Positions 31,209-41,603 of a DNA stretch of 64,000 nucleotides are shown piece after piece. The stretch comes from Candidatus Oxydemutatoraceae bacterium (GTDB taxonomy: Bacteria > Pseudomonadota > Gammaproteobacteria > Poriferisulfidales > Oxydemutatoraceae). Where the stretch lies: positions 1,184,001 through 1,248,000 of the forward strand of contig CBDCOZ010000003.1 of the NCBI GenBank assembly GCA_965220085.1. The letters are read 5' to 3'. Position 1 is the stretch's first letter. The number at the start of each line of letters is the position of its first letter. The translations under genes were made by a program, and so were the position numbers. The notes under the pieces were generated by a model, which saw nothing but the letters and a program-made list of their open reading frames with translations, had not been told where the DNA came from and made no database searches.

Positions 31209-32958
31209 TGCAGACCCTGCTTCCGGTCTTGGCGTTTACCTGCGTCTGCTCGGTTATGTCAGAGGCTATGCCAAATATTTCCTGATCGCTTTCGTCGGCA
31301 TGGCGCTCTATTCGCTGGGCGATGCGGGCTTTGCCGCGCTGGTGAAGCCGCTGTTTGACGAGAGCCTGATCAAGCAAGACGACAGCGTCACCGGCTTGCT
31401 CGCGTTGCTGGTCGTCGGCGTGTTGTTCATGCGCGGCTTGGGAGCTTTTCTTACTTCCGCTTTTCTGGCATACGTCAGCGAGGGCATCACGCGACAGTTG
31501 CGGCTTGAATTGCTGCGGCATATGTTGCGGATGGAAATCGGTTACTACGATGCCAACTCAAGCGGCAAATTGATCTCGCGCCTGACCTTTAATGTCAGCG
31601 GCGTATCGCAGGCCCTGACCAAGACTCTGACGGTTATGATTCGCGATACCCTGACGGCGCTGGTCTTGCTCGGCTGGATGTTTTACCTGAGTTGGGCGCT
31701 GACCTTGGTGCTGGTGTTGGTGTCGCCGCTGATGGGCTTGTTGCTGGTCTATGTCAACAAGCGCTTTCGCAGCGCCCGCGGGCGCTTGCAGGATGCGATG
31801 GGGCTTTTGACCCGCGACATTGAGCAGATGGTGCGCGGCATACACGTGATTAAAATCTTCGGCAATCAGAAGTTTGAGAGCAAGGAGTTTGAGCGCGACA
31901 ACAATGCGGTCTATCGTTATGCGTTGAAAATCGCGCGGACGAAAGCGATGGCGACACCGGTCGCCATTTTTGTTATCGGGCTCGCGCTGGCCGGGGTTAT
32001 TTTTCTTTTGACGTCAACGAGTATGACCGGGCAAATCTCGGTCGGCGGTGTCGCCTCGTTCTTTGTCTCGATCGTCATGCTGATGCGACCGGTGCGCAGC
32101 CTGATCGGCATCAACGCGATCATTCAGCAGGGGGTGGTCGCGGCGCGCAGCGTGTTTGATGTGCTGGATATGCCGCCGGAATGCGACGCCGGCGCCTCCT
32201 CGGTCAAGCATTTTGACGGCGGCATCGCTTTCAAGAACGTCAGTTACCGCTATCCGAACGGAACCTGTCCGAGCCTCAGCGAGGTCTCGCTGGATATTCC
32301 GCCGCGGGCGATGGTCGCTCTTGTCGGCGCATCGGGAGCGGGCAAGACGACGCTGGCACATATGATCCCAAGATTCTACCGCCCCGATGCCGGGCGGATT
32401 GAACTGGACGGGACGGATATTAATGAGATACCGCTATCCGAATTGCGCCGGCAAATCGCGTATGTCGGTCAGCATACGATACTGTTTCATGACACGATAC
32501 GGAACAACATCACCTGCGGGCGGGAGGTCTCGGACGAACAGTTGCGCGCGGTGATAGCGCAAGCGCACGTCAGCGAAATCGCAGACAAGCTGCCGCTGGG
32601 CATTGATACGGTAATCGGCGAAGACGAGGGCGCGCAACTGTCGGGCGGGCAAAGCCAGCGGGTTGCCATCGCGCGCGCCTTGCTCAAGGACGCTGCGATC
32701 ATTATTCTGGATGAGGCGACCTCATTTCTGGATACCGAGAGCGAGAAGGTCATCAAGAATACGCTGGCGGAAATTGCCGGCGGTCGTACGCTCATCGTCA
32801 TCGCGCATCGTCTGGCAACGGTTGAGCGCGCCGACCATATTGTCGTCATGGACGAAGGCAAGATCATCGAGCAGGGCCGGCACGGCGAGCTGCTCGGGCG
32901 CGAAGGAAAATATTACCGGCTGTGCCGCGCCGGACAGCACGAAGGCATATTAAAGTGA
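31186..32958 (+). CDS. msbA: Lipid A export ABC transporter MsbA
   Basis: Fused TMD-NBD with GASGAGKT, LSGGQSQR and ILDEATS; precedes lpxK. Confidence 0.9.
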   Translation: MSTTIFSNADPASGLGVYLRLLGYVRGYAKYFLIAFVGMALYSLGDAGFAALVKPLFDESLIKQDDSVTGLLALLVVGVLFMRGLGAFLTSAFLAYVSEGITRQLRLELLRHMLRMEIGYYDANSSGKLISRLTFNVSGVSQALTKTLTVMIRDTLTALVLLGWMFYLSWALTLVLVLVSPLMGLLLVYVNKRFRSARGRLQDAMGLLTRDIEQMVRGIHVIKIFGNQKFESKEFERDNNAVYRYALKIARTKAMATPVAIFVIGLALAGVIFLLTSTSMTGQISVGGVASFFVSIVMLMRPVRSLIGINAIIQQGVVAARSVFDVLDMPPECDAGASSVKHFDGGIAFKNVSYRYPNGTCPSLSEVSLDIPPRAMVALVGASGAGKTTLAHMIPRFYRPDAGRIELDGTDINEIPLSELRRQIAYVGQHTILFHDTIRNNITCGREVSDEQLRAVIAQAHVSEIADKLPLGIDTVIGEDEGAQLSGGQSQRVAIARALLKDAAIIILDEATSFLDTESEKVIKNTLAEIAGGRTLIVIAHRLATVERADHIVVMDEGKIIEQGRHGELLGREGKYYRLCRAGQHEGILK

Positions 32959-33977
32959 GCCTGCCCGACAAGATTTGGTACGGGCGTCATCGCTTGACGG
33001 CTTTGTGGATGTTGCCGGCGGTGCCGCTGTCGTGGCTCTGCCGCATCGCGGTCGCGCTTCGCGGCTTGCGCGCGCTGGCGCGGACGCCTTTGCCCGTTCC
33101 CGTTATCGTCGTCGGCAACCTGACGGTCGGCGGCACCGGCAAGACGCCGATGGTCATCTGCCTCGCCAAACTGTTGCAAAAGCGCGGCTATAAGGTCGGC
33201 ATCGTCAGCCGCGGCTATCGCGCCCAGTGCCGTCAATTCCCGCATCGGGTGAGCGCGGCGGACAGCGCGGTTTTTTGCGGCGATGAGCCGAAACTGCTGG
33301 CGCAAGCGACAGGCTGTCCGGTTGTGATTGACCCCAAGCGGCGGCGGGCGGCGAAGTCTTTGCTCGCTACCGAAGCGGTGGATGTCGTGTTATCCGATGA
33401 CGGACTGCAGCATGTGTCATTGCCGCGCGCATTGGAAATCGTCATGGTCGACGGCGCGCGCAAGTTTGGCAACAGGCGATTGTTGCCGGCGGGGCCGTTG
33501 CGCGAACCGATCAAACGGCTGGCAAAAGTTGATTTCATCGTTGTCAATGGCGGCGAGAGCAATATCAAAGGCGCCGGGGTGATGCGCGAGAAGATATATC
33601 GTGCGCAGATGCGGATGCTCGGGTTTCGCCACCTGACGACCAAGCAACGCAAGCCGATCGGATATCTCAAGGGCAAAAGCGCGCATCTGAATATCGCCAT
33701 CGCCCACCCGCAACGGGTGGTCAACACGCTTGTTGCCAACGGGATTAAGCCGCGGGCGCATGAATTCCCGGACCATCACCTGTGGCAGGAAGCCGATTTT
33801 GCCTACGATGACGACCTGCCGATTGTGGTGACCGAAAAGGATGCGGTGAAATGTATCGCGTTGCCGATACCGGCGCTGGCGCTGGAGAAAGTATGGGTGA
33901 TTGAAAGTAAAATGTGTCTTGGTGTAGAATTTGAAGAGTGTTTGCTACAAAGTCTCAAAATACATGCTGATGGATAA
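32955..33977 (+). CDS. lpxK: Tetraacyldisaccharide 4'-kinase
   Basis: [28 protein letters not shown] and TEKDAVK motifs. Confidence 0.96.
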   Translation: MSLPDKIWYGRHRLTALWMLPAVPLSWLCRIAVALRGLRALARTPLPVPVIVVGNLTVGGTGKTPMVICLAKLLQKRGYKVGIVSRGYRAQCRQFPHRVSAADSAVFCGDEPKLLAQATGCPVVIDPKRRRAAKSLLATEAVDVVLSDDGLQHVSLPRALEIVMVDGARKFGNRRLLPAGPLREPIKRLAKVDFIVVNGGESNIKGAGVMREKIYRAQMRMLGFRHLTTKQRKPIGYLKGKSAHLNIAIAHPQRVVNTLVANGIKPRAHEFPDHHLWQEADFAYDDDLPIVVTEKDAVKCIALPIPALALEKVWVIESKMCLGVEFEECLLQSLKIHADG

Positions 33978-34167
33978 TCGTTTGCTTGACATACTCGTGT
34001 GCCCGGTCACCAAAGGCCCTTTGATATATGACAAGGAGCGCGCGGAACTGATTTCCTTGTCCGCAAGGCTGGCTTATCCGATACGCGATGGCATTCCGGT
34101 GATGCTGTCTCAGGAAGCGCGTCAGATATCTCAGGATGAATACGAACGCTGCCGAAAAAAGCGCTGA
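33970..34167 (+). CDS. ycaR: Trm112-like protein YcaR
   Basis: [14 protein letters not shown]...[13 protein letters not shown]. Confidence 0.92.
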   Translation: MDNRLLDILVCPVTKGPLIYDKERAELISLSARLAYPIRDGIPVMLSQEARQISQDEYERCRKKR

Positions 34168-34897
34168 GTTCAAGGTCGTGATACCGGCGCGTTACGATTC
34201 AAAACGCTTGCCGGGCAAACCGTTGCGGCTGATTGCCGGGCGCCCGCTGATCGAACACGCCTACCGCAATGCCGCGGACAGCGGCGCGTCCCAAGTGATC
34301 GTCGCCACCGATGACGAACGCATCGCCGAATGCGTCGCCGGGTTTGACGGCGAGTGCTGCATGACCTCGGCCGATCATCTGTGCGGCAGCGACCGCATTC
34401 ACGAGGCGGCGACAAAGCTGCGGTGGGGCGATGAGGTCATGATTGTCAATGTGCAAGGCGATGAGCCGTTTATTTCCGCACAGTCGATTGCGATGTTGGC
34501 GGCAGACTTGGCGCAGCGCCCGCAAGCCTCCGTCGGCACCTTGGCATCGGCGCACGAGGCCGGCGAAAGCGGATATAATGAGCGCGACCGGGTGAAGGTG
34601 GTGTGCGACGATAACGGCTATGCGCTGTACTTCAGTCGCGAAGCGATACCGGCGGCGGCAGACAGGTGGCTGTGCCATCACGGCATCTATGCTTATCGGC
34701 GGGGCTATCTGCGCAGATTTGCATCCATGAGCCAATCAGATATGGAAAAATGCGAGAAACTGGAACAACTTCGGGCATTGGCGGCGGGTGATAAAATACG
34801 GGTGCGCTTGATTGCCGCTCCGGCCTGCTTCGGCATAGATAGCGAAGCCGACCTCAAACGGGCGGGGGACTTGATAAACAAGGGCAAAAGGTTGTAG
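34136..34897 (+). CDS. kdsB: 3-deoxy-manno-octulosonate cytidylyltransferase
   Basis: [23 protein letters not shown] and EKLEQLRAL motifs. Confidence 0.96.
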   Translation: MNTNAAEKSAEFKVVIPARYDSKRLPGKPLRLIAGRPLIEHAYRNAADSGASQVIVATDDERIAECVAGFDGECCMTSADHLCGSDRIHEAATKLRWGDEVMIVNVQGDEPFISAQSIAMLAADLAQRPQASVGTLASAHEAGESGYNERDRVKVVCDDNGYALYFSREAIPAAADRWLCHHGIYAYRRGYLRRFASMSQSDMEKCEKLEQLRALAAGDKIRVRLIAAPACFGIDSEADLKRAGDLINKGKRL

Positions 34898-35010
34898 AAT
34901 TCGCAACCTGAACTTGATTAGATGTGCGCAAACGACATCCGGATGCAGGCAAACAACACTCGATTGTTTCGCAGTGTGACGAATGATTGCTTGTGACTTT
35001 GACTGTGATA

Positions 35011-35039
35011 TGCGCAAATAACTAAGCGCTATTTGCGCA
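35011..35039. promoter_or_regulatory. Inverted repeat TGCGCAAATAAC-TAAGC-GCTATTTGCGCA (dispersed palindrome family)
   Basis: Near-identical to the palindrome upstream of the FLEGPLR cassettes; immediately upstream of the ABC operon start. Confidence 0.5.
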
Positions 35040-35043
35040 CTGT

Positions 35044-35982
35044 GTGACGATGATAAAAATACAGAACCTTACAAAACGTTTTGGCGCGCGCGTTGCGGTG
35101 GATGACATCAGCTTTGAAGTCGCGCCGGGAGAAGTGCTGGGCTTTCTCGGACCAAACGGCGCCGGCAAATCGACGACGATGAAGATCATCTGCGGTTTTC
35201 TGCCCATGAACGAAGGGCGGATCAGCGTCTGCGGGCACGATGTCGTTTCGGATTCGATTGCCGCCAAATCCTGCATCGGTTATCTGCCGGAAGGCGCTCC
35301 GAGTTATGACGACATGTCGGTGCTCGGTTTCCTGCGCTTCATTTCTCAAGTGCGTCAAATCCCCCCGGCCAAGCGCGAAGAGCGGTTGCAATATGTCATC
35401 GACGAACTCAAGATTGAGGATGTTTTGCAACAGCGCATAGATACGCTGTCAAAAGGCTTCAAGCGCCGGGTCGGGTTGGCGCAGGCCCTGATTCACGACC
35501 CGCAGGTATTAATCATGGACGAGCCGACCGACGGGCTGGACCCGAACCAGAAGCACCATGTGCGGTCGTTGATTAACTCCCTGAGCAAGGAAAAGATCGT
35601 CGTCATATCCACCCACATATTGGAAGAGGTCGAGGCGGTCTGCACCCGGGCGATGATCGTCGCGCGCGGCCGCATCCTGATCGATTCCACCCCGCAGGAG
35701 TTGGTCGGCAAGTCGCGCTATCACCGCGCCATCAGCATCACCGCCGACAATCGGGAAACGGTAGACAAGCTGTGCAAAGGCGAGTCCGGCGTGGAGACGA
35801 TCAGGCATACGCCGCCGGGCAATCAGTGGGTGGTGTTTGCCAAACAGGGCAAGCAGGGCGCCGTCTATGAGCATCTGCATCGTCGCATGCGGGAAAATTC
35901 CGCCGGGGTGCGGGACATACGCATGGAGTCGGGGCGGATGGACGAGGTGTTTCGGGAGATTACCGAAGGGAGTCTGGCATGA
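35044..35982 (+). CDS. ABC transporter ATP-binding protein (GldA-like)
   Basis: GPNGAGKSTT, LSKGFKRRVGLAQALIHDP and DEPTDGLDPNQ motifs. Confidence 0.9.
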   Translation: MTMIKIQNLTKRFGARVAVDDISFEVAPGEVLGFLGPNGAGKSTTMKIICGFLPMNEGRISVCGHDVVSDSIAAKSCIGYLPEGAPSYDDMSVLGFLRFISQVRQIPPAKREERLQYVIDELKIEDVLQQRIDTLSKGFKRRVGLAQALIHDPQVLIMDEPTDGLDPNQKHHVRSLINSLSKEKIVVISTHILEEVEAVCTRAMIVARGRILIDSTPQELVGKSRYHRAISITADNRETVDKLCKGESGVETIRHTPPGNQWVVFAKQGKQGAVYEHLHRRMRENSAGVRDIRMESGRMDEVFREITEGSLA

Positions 35983-36716
35983 GCAGTTTGATTGCGGTTG
36001 TGGCGCGGCGGGAGTTTGTGGGTTATTTCGCAACCCCGTTGGCCTATGTTTTCACCATCGTGTTTCTCGCCATGTCGGCGGTTTTCACTTTTTATCTCGG
36101 CAACTTCTTTGAAAGAGGCGAGGCGGATTTGTTGCCATTTTTCCAGTACCACCCGTGGTTGTACTTGTTTTTGATTCCGGCGATTTCAATGCGCCTGTGG
36201 GCCGAGGAGCGCAAGAGCGGCAGCATTGAGCTGTTGATGACATTGCCGATTACGCCGTTGCAGGCGATTCTCGGCAAATATTTTGCCGCGTGGTTGTTTA
36301 CCGGAGTGGTCTTGGCGCTGACGTTCCCGCTATGGATCACCGTCAATTATCTCGGCGAACCGGATAATGGCGTCATCGCATCGGCCTATCTCGGCAGTTT
36401 CCTGATGGCGGGGTCCTTTCTGGCCATCGGCTCGTGCATATCGGCGACGACCAGAAACCAGGTGATCGCATTTATCATCACCATCGTGGTTTGCTTTTTG
36501 CTGCTCCTGAGCAGTCTGTCGCTGGTGCTGGATTTCTTCCGCCCGTGGATGCCGCAATTGTTGCTGGACACCATCGCATCGCTAAGCTTTTTGGCGCACT
36601 TCGCTTCTATCAGCAAGGGGGTGGTCGATTTGCGCGACATCGTTTATTTTGTTTTTATGATTTTATTCTGGCTTGGCGCGAATGCCATCGTTTTGGACAC
36701 TAAGAAAGGCGAATGA
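35979..36716 (+). CDS. ABC-2 permease (GldF-like)
   Basis: YFATPLAY, MRLWAEERKSGSIELLMTLP and TRNQVIAF motifs. Confidence 0.88.
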   Translation: MSSLIAVVARREFVGYFATPLAYVFTIVFLAMSAVFTFYLGNFFERGEADLLPFFQYHPWLYLFLIPAISMRLWAEERKSGSIELLMTLPITPLQAILGKYFAAWLFTGVVLALTFPLWITVNYLGEPDNGVIASAYLGSFLMAGSFLAIGSCISATTRNQVIAFIITIVVCFLLLLSSLSLVLDFFRPWMPQLLLDTIASLSFLAHFASISKGVVDLRDIVYFVFMILFWLGANAIVLDTKKGE

Positions 36717-38698
36717 GCAAGCAAGACAACAAGCAAGGCAAAAGCCGCAAAGCGGCGACGGTGCCGCCGAAAGTCATCTACATCACGATGACCGCGCTCT
36801 TTTTGTTGCTGATGACCATTTCCAACGAGACGTTGCGTCACTACCGTTTGGACATGACCGAGAACGATGCGTACACATTGTCCGACAGCACTTTCACGAT
36901 TCTTGAAAAGATCGAGCAACCGATCAATCTGTACCTGTTTTTCTCCGAGCGGTCGAGCCGAGACCGGCCGTTTTTAAGGAAGTACTACGACAAAGTGAAA
37001 GAACTGCTGGAAGAGTTTGAGCTCTATTCCAACGACCGCATACGCCTCCAATTTATCAACCCCGAACCGTTCTCCGAAGAGGAAGATCGCGCCGATAGTT
37101 TTGGTCTTCAGAAAGTGCCGGTGAGGCAAGGCGGCGAATCGCTTTACTTCGGTTTGGCCGGCACCAACGCCATCGGTCACGTGGAAGTGATTCCGTTTTT
37201 GGATTCGCAACGCGAACCCTTTCTGGAATACGACATAGACAAAATGATCTATTCGCTGATCAATCCGGAGAAGCCGGTGCTCGGGCTGATGACTTCTATC
37301 TCCATGTTTCCTTCCGACAACGTATTGCCGGGCGACAAGGCGTGGGTGATTACCGAGCAATTGGAAGAACTGTTTGAAGTGAAAAAGCTCTATCGGGGGC
37401 TTGACGAAATAAAGAGCGACGAGGTCGATGTGCTGATGGTGGTGCATCCGAAAAACCTCGCCGATGTGACCTTGTATGCGATCGACCAATATGTGATGCG
37501 CGGCGGCAAGGCGATATTCTTTGTCGACCCGTATGCCGAGATTGAATATGTGCCGGGCCTCGGCGTGCCGCGTCCCGGCGACGAAACCAAGAGAAGCTCG
37601 TCGTTAAATCGCATCTTCCGCAAATGGGGGTTTGAAGTCAATGCCGATAAGGTCATCGGCGATTCGGCCGCCGCGCTCAGCGTGTCCGCGCCGGGCAAGG
37701 CCGCCGAGCGCGACATCGTGATGGTCGGTTACGGCCCCGGTAACATCGAAGAAGAAGATGTGGCGACCGCGAGGTTGCAACAGATCATCCTCGGCATGCC
37801 GTCTTACATCCGAGTGCTGAACCAGAACAGAATCAAGATGACGCCGTTGATCTGGTCGACCAGGCAGGCGACATTGCTGTCATTGTTGCATGTTTCCAAA
37901 TCGCGCTTTGCCCAACGGCCGTCCATGTTGCTGGAAGGTTTCAAAGCGACCGGCACCGAATACCCGATTGCCGCCAGAATTCGGGGCAAGTTGCCCAGCG
38001 CGTTTGCCAAAGCGCCCGCGCCGGAGCCGGAAGAAGAGGAGGCGCCGGAATTGGAAGAGGGCGAGGAGCCGCCGGAGCCGCCGCCGCCGCCCAAGCCGCG
38101 CGAGGATTTGCCGGCGCATGTCTCCGCAACGGCAGAGGAGGCCAATCTGGTGGTGGTCGCCGATGCCGATATTTTGAGCGACCGCCTGTGGGTGCAGATT
38201 TCAAGGTTTCTGGAGCAGCGGATTTACCGGCCGTTTGCGAATAACCGAGACTTCATCGTCAATACGCTTGAGAACATGACCGGAGACGAGTCGTTGGTCG
38301 GCATCCGCAGTCGCGCGGTCTTCAGTCGTCCGTTCACGCGCATCGAAGAAATTCAACAGGCGGCGAATTTCAAGTTTCAATCGACCGAGGATGCGTTGAA
38401 CAACAAGCTCAAGGAATCCGAAGAGAAACTGAAAGAATTGCAGAGCCAAAGAACCGATACGACTTCCAGTATCCTGACTCCGGAGCAACAGGCCGAAGTC
38501 GCGAAGTCGCGGCAGCAAATGTTGCAGACGCGCAAGCAGCTGCGCGAAGTTAAGCATAGTATGGTCAAAGATATTGATACATTGGTTGCGCAGATTAAAT
38601 TCATTAATATCGGAGGCGTACCGATTCTGATAACTATTTTTGCGGGAGTATTCGCCCTGGTTAAAAGACGCAAGAAAGGAGGCGCAAAACTGTCATGA
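36713..38698 (+). CDS. GldG-like ABC transporter auxiliary protein
   Basis: RLDMTEN..YTLS, NPEPFSEEED and IDQYVMRGG motifs, C-terminal coiled coil and TM helix; Pro/Glu-rich insert. Confidence 0.85.
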   Translation: MSKQDNKQGKSRKAATVPPKVIYITMTALFLLLMTISNETLRHYRLDMTENDAYTLSDSTFTILEKIEQPINLYLFFSERSSRDRPFLRKYYDKVKELLEEFELYSNDRIRLQFINPEPFSEEEDRADSFGLQKVPVRQGGESLYFGLAGTNAIGHVEVIPFLDSQREPFLEYDIDKMIYSLINPEKPVLGLMTSISMFPSDNVLPGDKAWVITEQLEELFEVKKLYRGLDEIKSDEVDVLMVVHPKNLADVTLYAIDQYVMRGGKAIFFVDPYAEIEYVPGLGVPRPGDETKRSSSLNRIFRKWGFEVNADKVIGDSAAALSVSAPGKAAERDIVMVGYGPGNIEEEDVATARLQQIILGMPSYIRVLNQNRIKMTPLIWSTRQATLLSLLHVSKSRFAQRPSMLLEGFKATGTEYPIAARIRGKLPSAFAKAPAPEPEEEEAPELEEGEEPPEPPPPPKPREDLPAHVSATAEEANLVVVADADILSDRLWVQISRFLEQRIYRPFANNRDFIVNTLENMTGDESLVGIRSRAVFSRPFTRIEEIQQAANFKFQSTEDALNNKLKESEEKLKELQSQRTDTTSSILTPEQQAEVAKSRQQMLQTRKQLREVKHSMVKDIDTLVAQIKFINIGGVPILITIFAGVFALVKRRKKGGAKLS

Positions 38699-39759
38699 AC
38701 CCGAAGACTTTTATAATTCTTGTAACTGCTGTGGTTGCCGCCGCCGGGGCTGTGTTGTTGTTGAATCAGGGCAAGCAGTCCATGGATAACTTCGGGCCGA
38801 TATTTGACGGGTTTGACATAGAAGAAATCAATGATGTGCATGCCTTGAACCTGAGCGCGTCCAGTCGCCGCAGAGTGAGCATGAGCCGCGATGAAGACGG
38901 GCGCTGGCGGGTGCTGGAAAAGAAAAACTACCCCGCTGATTTGGTCAAAATCCGTAAGTTGATGGTTGCTATTTCGGAATCGGAGAAGGTGGAATTAAAG
39001 ACTTCCAGAGCCGAGCAATATACCGAGCTCAAGCTCGCTGATCCTGCGGAAACCGACTACAAGGCCGGGTATCGGGTGGATATCATTACGTCCGATCAGA
39101 CGCGCTCGTTATTCGTCGGCGACATAGCCGAAGGCATAGAGAAGGGACAGTACATTCGCATTCCCGGCGAGAAAGAAAGCTGGCTGGTGAATCAGCGCAT
39201 ATGGATTGATATGGAAGTGGACAAGTGGCTGGACAAGCGCATTCTGCATATGGATCCCGACAACATCCACAAGATTTCCATTACCCCTCCGGAGGGCGAG
39301 ACGATACATGTCGTACGCGCCGCCAAGGGGGAGGAGTTGGCGCTGGAGAATGCGCCCGAAGGACGCAAGCCTAAGGGCGGCGCTGCGATAACCGGCTTGG
39401 CAAAATTCCCCGACTTTCTGGAGTTCAACGAGATACGCAGCCGGGAAAAACTCAAGATACCGGAGGAAGACGTGACCAAAGCGGTGGTCACAACCTTTGA
39501 CGGCCTTGAGTTGCATTACACCGGCTACCCGCAAGGCACGAGACGCCGCTACGGCGTATTTGATGTGAAGGAGAACGCCGAAGTAGCGGAAAAGTTTGGC
39601 ATATCCGAAGAAGACAAGGCGGCGGTCAGCAAGAAATTAGAGCGCTTGACGAATCGCCTGTCGCCTTGGTTCTATGAAATCAGACATACGGCCTACAACC
39701 TGTTCAAGGTTGATATGGAAAAGCTGACCGAAGCGGTAGAAGAAGAGAAAGAAAAGTAA
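38695..39759 (+). CDS. DUF4340-like membrane-anchored protein
   Basis: N-terminal TM helix and W..LEKKNYPAD motif; usual fourth gene of this operon type. Confidence 0.7.
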   Translation: MNPKTFIILVTAVVAAAGAVLLLNQGKQSMDNFGPIFDGFDIEEINDVHALNLSASSRRRVSMSRDEDGRWRVLEKKNYPADLVKIRKLMVAISESEKVELKTSRAEQYTELKLADPAETDYKAGYRVDIITSDQTRSLFVGDIAEGIEKGQYIRIPGEKESWLVNQRIWIDMEVDKWLDKRILHMDPDNIHKISITPPEGETIHVVRAAKGEELALENAPEGRKPKGGAAITGLAKFPDFLEFNEIRSREKLKIPEEDVTKAVVTTFDGLELHYTGYPQGTRRRYGVFDVKENAEVAEKFGISEEDKAAVSKKLERLTNRLSPWFYEIRHTAYNLFKVDMEKLTEAVEEEKEK

Positions 39760-39782
39760 GCGGGCTGTCGGCGCGTTTAATA

Positions 39783-41165
39783 CTACTTCAAACGGCTTTT
39801 AATTTCACGTGCGAGTTTGGCGGCGATGCCGGTATAGGTTTCGCTCCGCAGTTCCAATAACGCCCGCTTTTCATCGGTCGGCAAATCCAACTTTTCAATA
39901 AACGTTTGCAGTTGCTTCTCTCCGAGTTCCTGTCCGCGCGACAGCGATTTCAATTGATCGTAGGCGTCTTCTACGCCGTGCTTGCGGAGTATGGTCTGTA
40001 TTGCTTCGGTGAGGACTTCGGGGTGTGCGGCGAGCTCAGCGGCGATAAAGCGACGGTCGGGCGCGATTTTGTCGCAGCCTTTGATGATGCCGTCCAGACC
40101 GAGCACGGTGTGCGCAAAGACGCTGCCGAGCGAGCGCATAACGGTGGAGTCGGACAGGTCGCGTTGCCACCTGGATATGACCAACTTGTCGGCCAGGTGT
40201 CGCGCTAGGGTCGCTGCGATACCGAGATTGCCTTCGGCGTTTTCAAAATCAATCGGGTTGACCTTGTGCGGCATCGTCGACGAACCGACTTCTTGCCGGT
40301 TCGCCTTTTGTATCAGCACGCCGCGCGAGATATACGCCCACATGTCGCGGCAGAAATCGACCAGCGTGTGCGATGCGCGGGCGAGGGCGTCCAGCAATTC
40401 GGCCAAGCGCTCGTGCGGTTCTATCTGCGTCGTGTAGATTGACGCTTGCAGACCGAGCGAGCCCATCATCTTTTCGCTCATCGCGATCCAATCGGCGTCC
40501 GGCCAGGCGCAGTGGTGCGCGTTGTAATTGCCGACCGCGCCGTTCCATTTGGCCGTAATCGGAACGGATTTTATGCAATGCAAGTGGGCGCGGATACGGA
40601 AACAAAAATTCGCGAACTCCTTGCCGACGGTCGTCGGCGAGGCGGCTTGGCCGTGGGTTCTTGACAGCAACGGAAGCTCGGCATATTCAAGCGCCAACGC
40701 CTGCAAGGTCCCCGCCAGATCATCAAGAGCCGGGACGATGATGTTATCCCGCGCGTCTTTGACCATCAGCGCATAGGCGATGCTGTTGATATCTTCCGAG
40801 GTGCAGGCGATGTGGATGAAGGGGCTGTAGCTTGCCAACTCGGGGACGGCTTTTATCTTTTCGCGCAGATATTCCTCAATCGCTTTGACGTCGTGGTTGA
40901 TGTCGCTTTCGATCGCCTTGACCCGCTCGGCCTGCTCGGTATCAAAGCGGTCGGAGATGTCGTCCAGCCGCTTTTCCATGTTGCCATCCAGCGGTGCGAC
41001 GGAGGGGATTTCCTCGCTTGCGGCGAGTATCTTAAGCCACTGTATCTCGGCTTGCAGGCGCCGGCGCATCAGGCCGTACTCACTGAAGTATTCGGATAGC
41101 GCGAGCGTCTTCTTGTGGTAGCGCCCGTCTAACGGGCTGATGGCGGTCAAAGGGGAGAGAGGCAT
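39783..41165 (-). CDS. purB: Adenylosuccinate lyase
   Basis: LTAISPLDGRY, NHDVKAIE and GSSTMPHKVNPIDFENAEGN motifs. Confidence 0.98.
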   Translation of the reverse strand: MPLSPLTAISPLDGRYHKKTLALSEYFSEYGLMRRRLQAEIQWLKILAASEEIPSVAPLDGNMEKRLDDISDRFDTEQAERVKAIESDINHDVKAIEEYLREKIKAVPELASYSPFIHIACTSEDINSIAYALMVKDARDNIIVPALDDLAGTLQALALEYAELPLLSRTHGQAASPTTVGKEFANFCFRIRAHLHCIKSVPITAKWNGAVGNYNAHHCAWPDADWIAMSEKMMGSLGLQASIYTTQIEPHERLAELLDALARASHTLVDFCRDMWAYISRGVLIQKANRQEVGSSTMPHKVNPIDFENAEGNLGIAATLARHLADKLVISRWQRDLSDSTVMRSLGSVFAHTVLGLDGIIKGCDKIAPDRRFIAAELAAHPEVLTEAIQTILRKHGVEDAYDQLKSLSRGQELGEKQLQTFIEKLDLPTDEKRALLELRSETYTGIAAKLAREIKSRLK

Positions 41166-41254
41166 TTGCTTGACGGTTGCTCGATAGTCATCGTACGGCT
41201 TCGGATTATACTACAACAGCGCTTCATGCCCCTCTCTGCGCTATGCTGACTTTT

Positions 41255-41510
41255 CCACAAGGGGAAAGTATTGGCTGTATTCCCCTCGTGGGGGAGGCGG
41301 CAAGCCAACAAACCAAAGGGGCTGACTAGCAGGCGGTTTGGCGGTACTGCTCCGACACGCTCCCCTCGTACCATCCCTACCGGCGCACCGGAGAGGGGGA
41401 GTCCTTCCGAGAAAGCCGGAAGTTTCCTTCTTTCTACGCTGTGCGGACTCTCCCACAAGGCGGATAATATTGGCTACGCTCCCTGCTTGCGGAGTCGGCG
41501 GCGAGCCGAA
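41255..41510. repeat. REP-like cluster
   Basis: CCCCTCGTGGGGAGGCGGCAAGCC...GCTGACTAGCAGGCGGTTTGGCGGTA...CCGGAGAGGGGGAG, same family as 11016-11535. Confidence 0.8.
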
Positions 41511-41603
41511 GGCTTCTTAACCATTGTGGGGCATACTCCGCAATAGTTTAACTATTATGGAGTATAATCCGGAATAGTCGTACCATTAGGAGGTATTATC
41601 CGA

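Noticed and set aside
38010-38110. Pro/Glu-rich stretch in the GldG-like protein as a phase-variable tract
   Set aside because: It is encoded by mixed codons without a long homopolymer and stays in frame, so it is probably a flexible linker.
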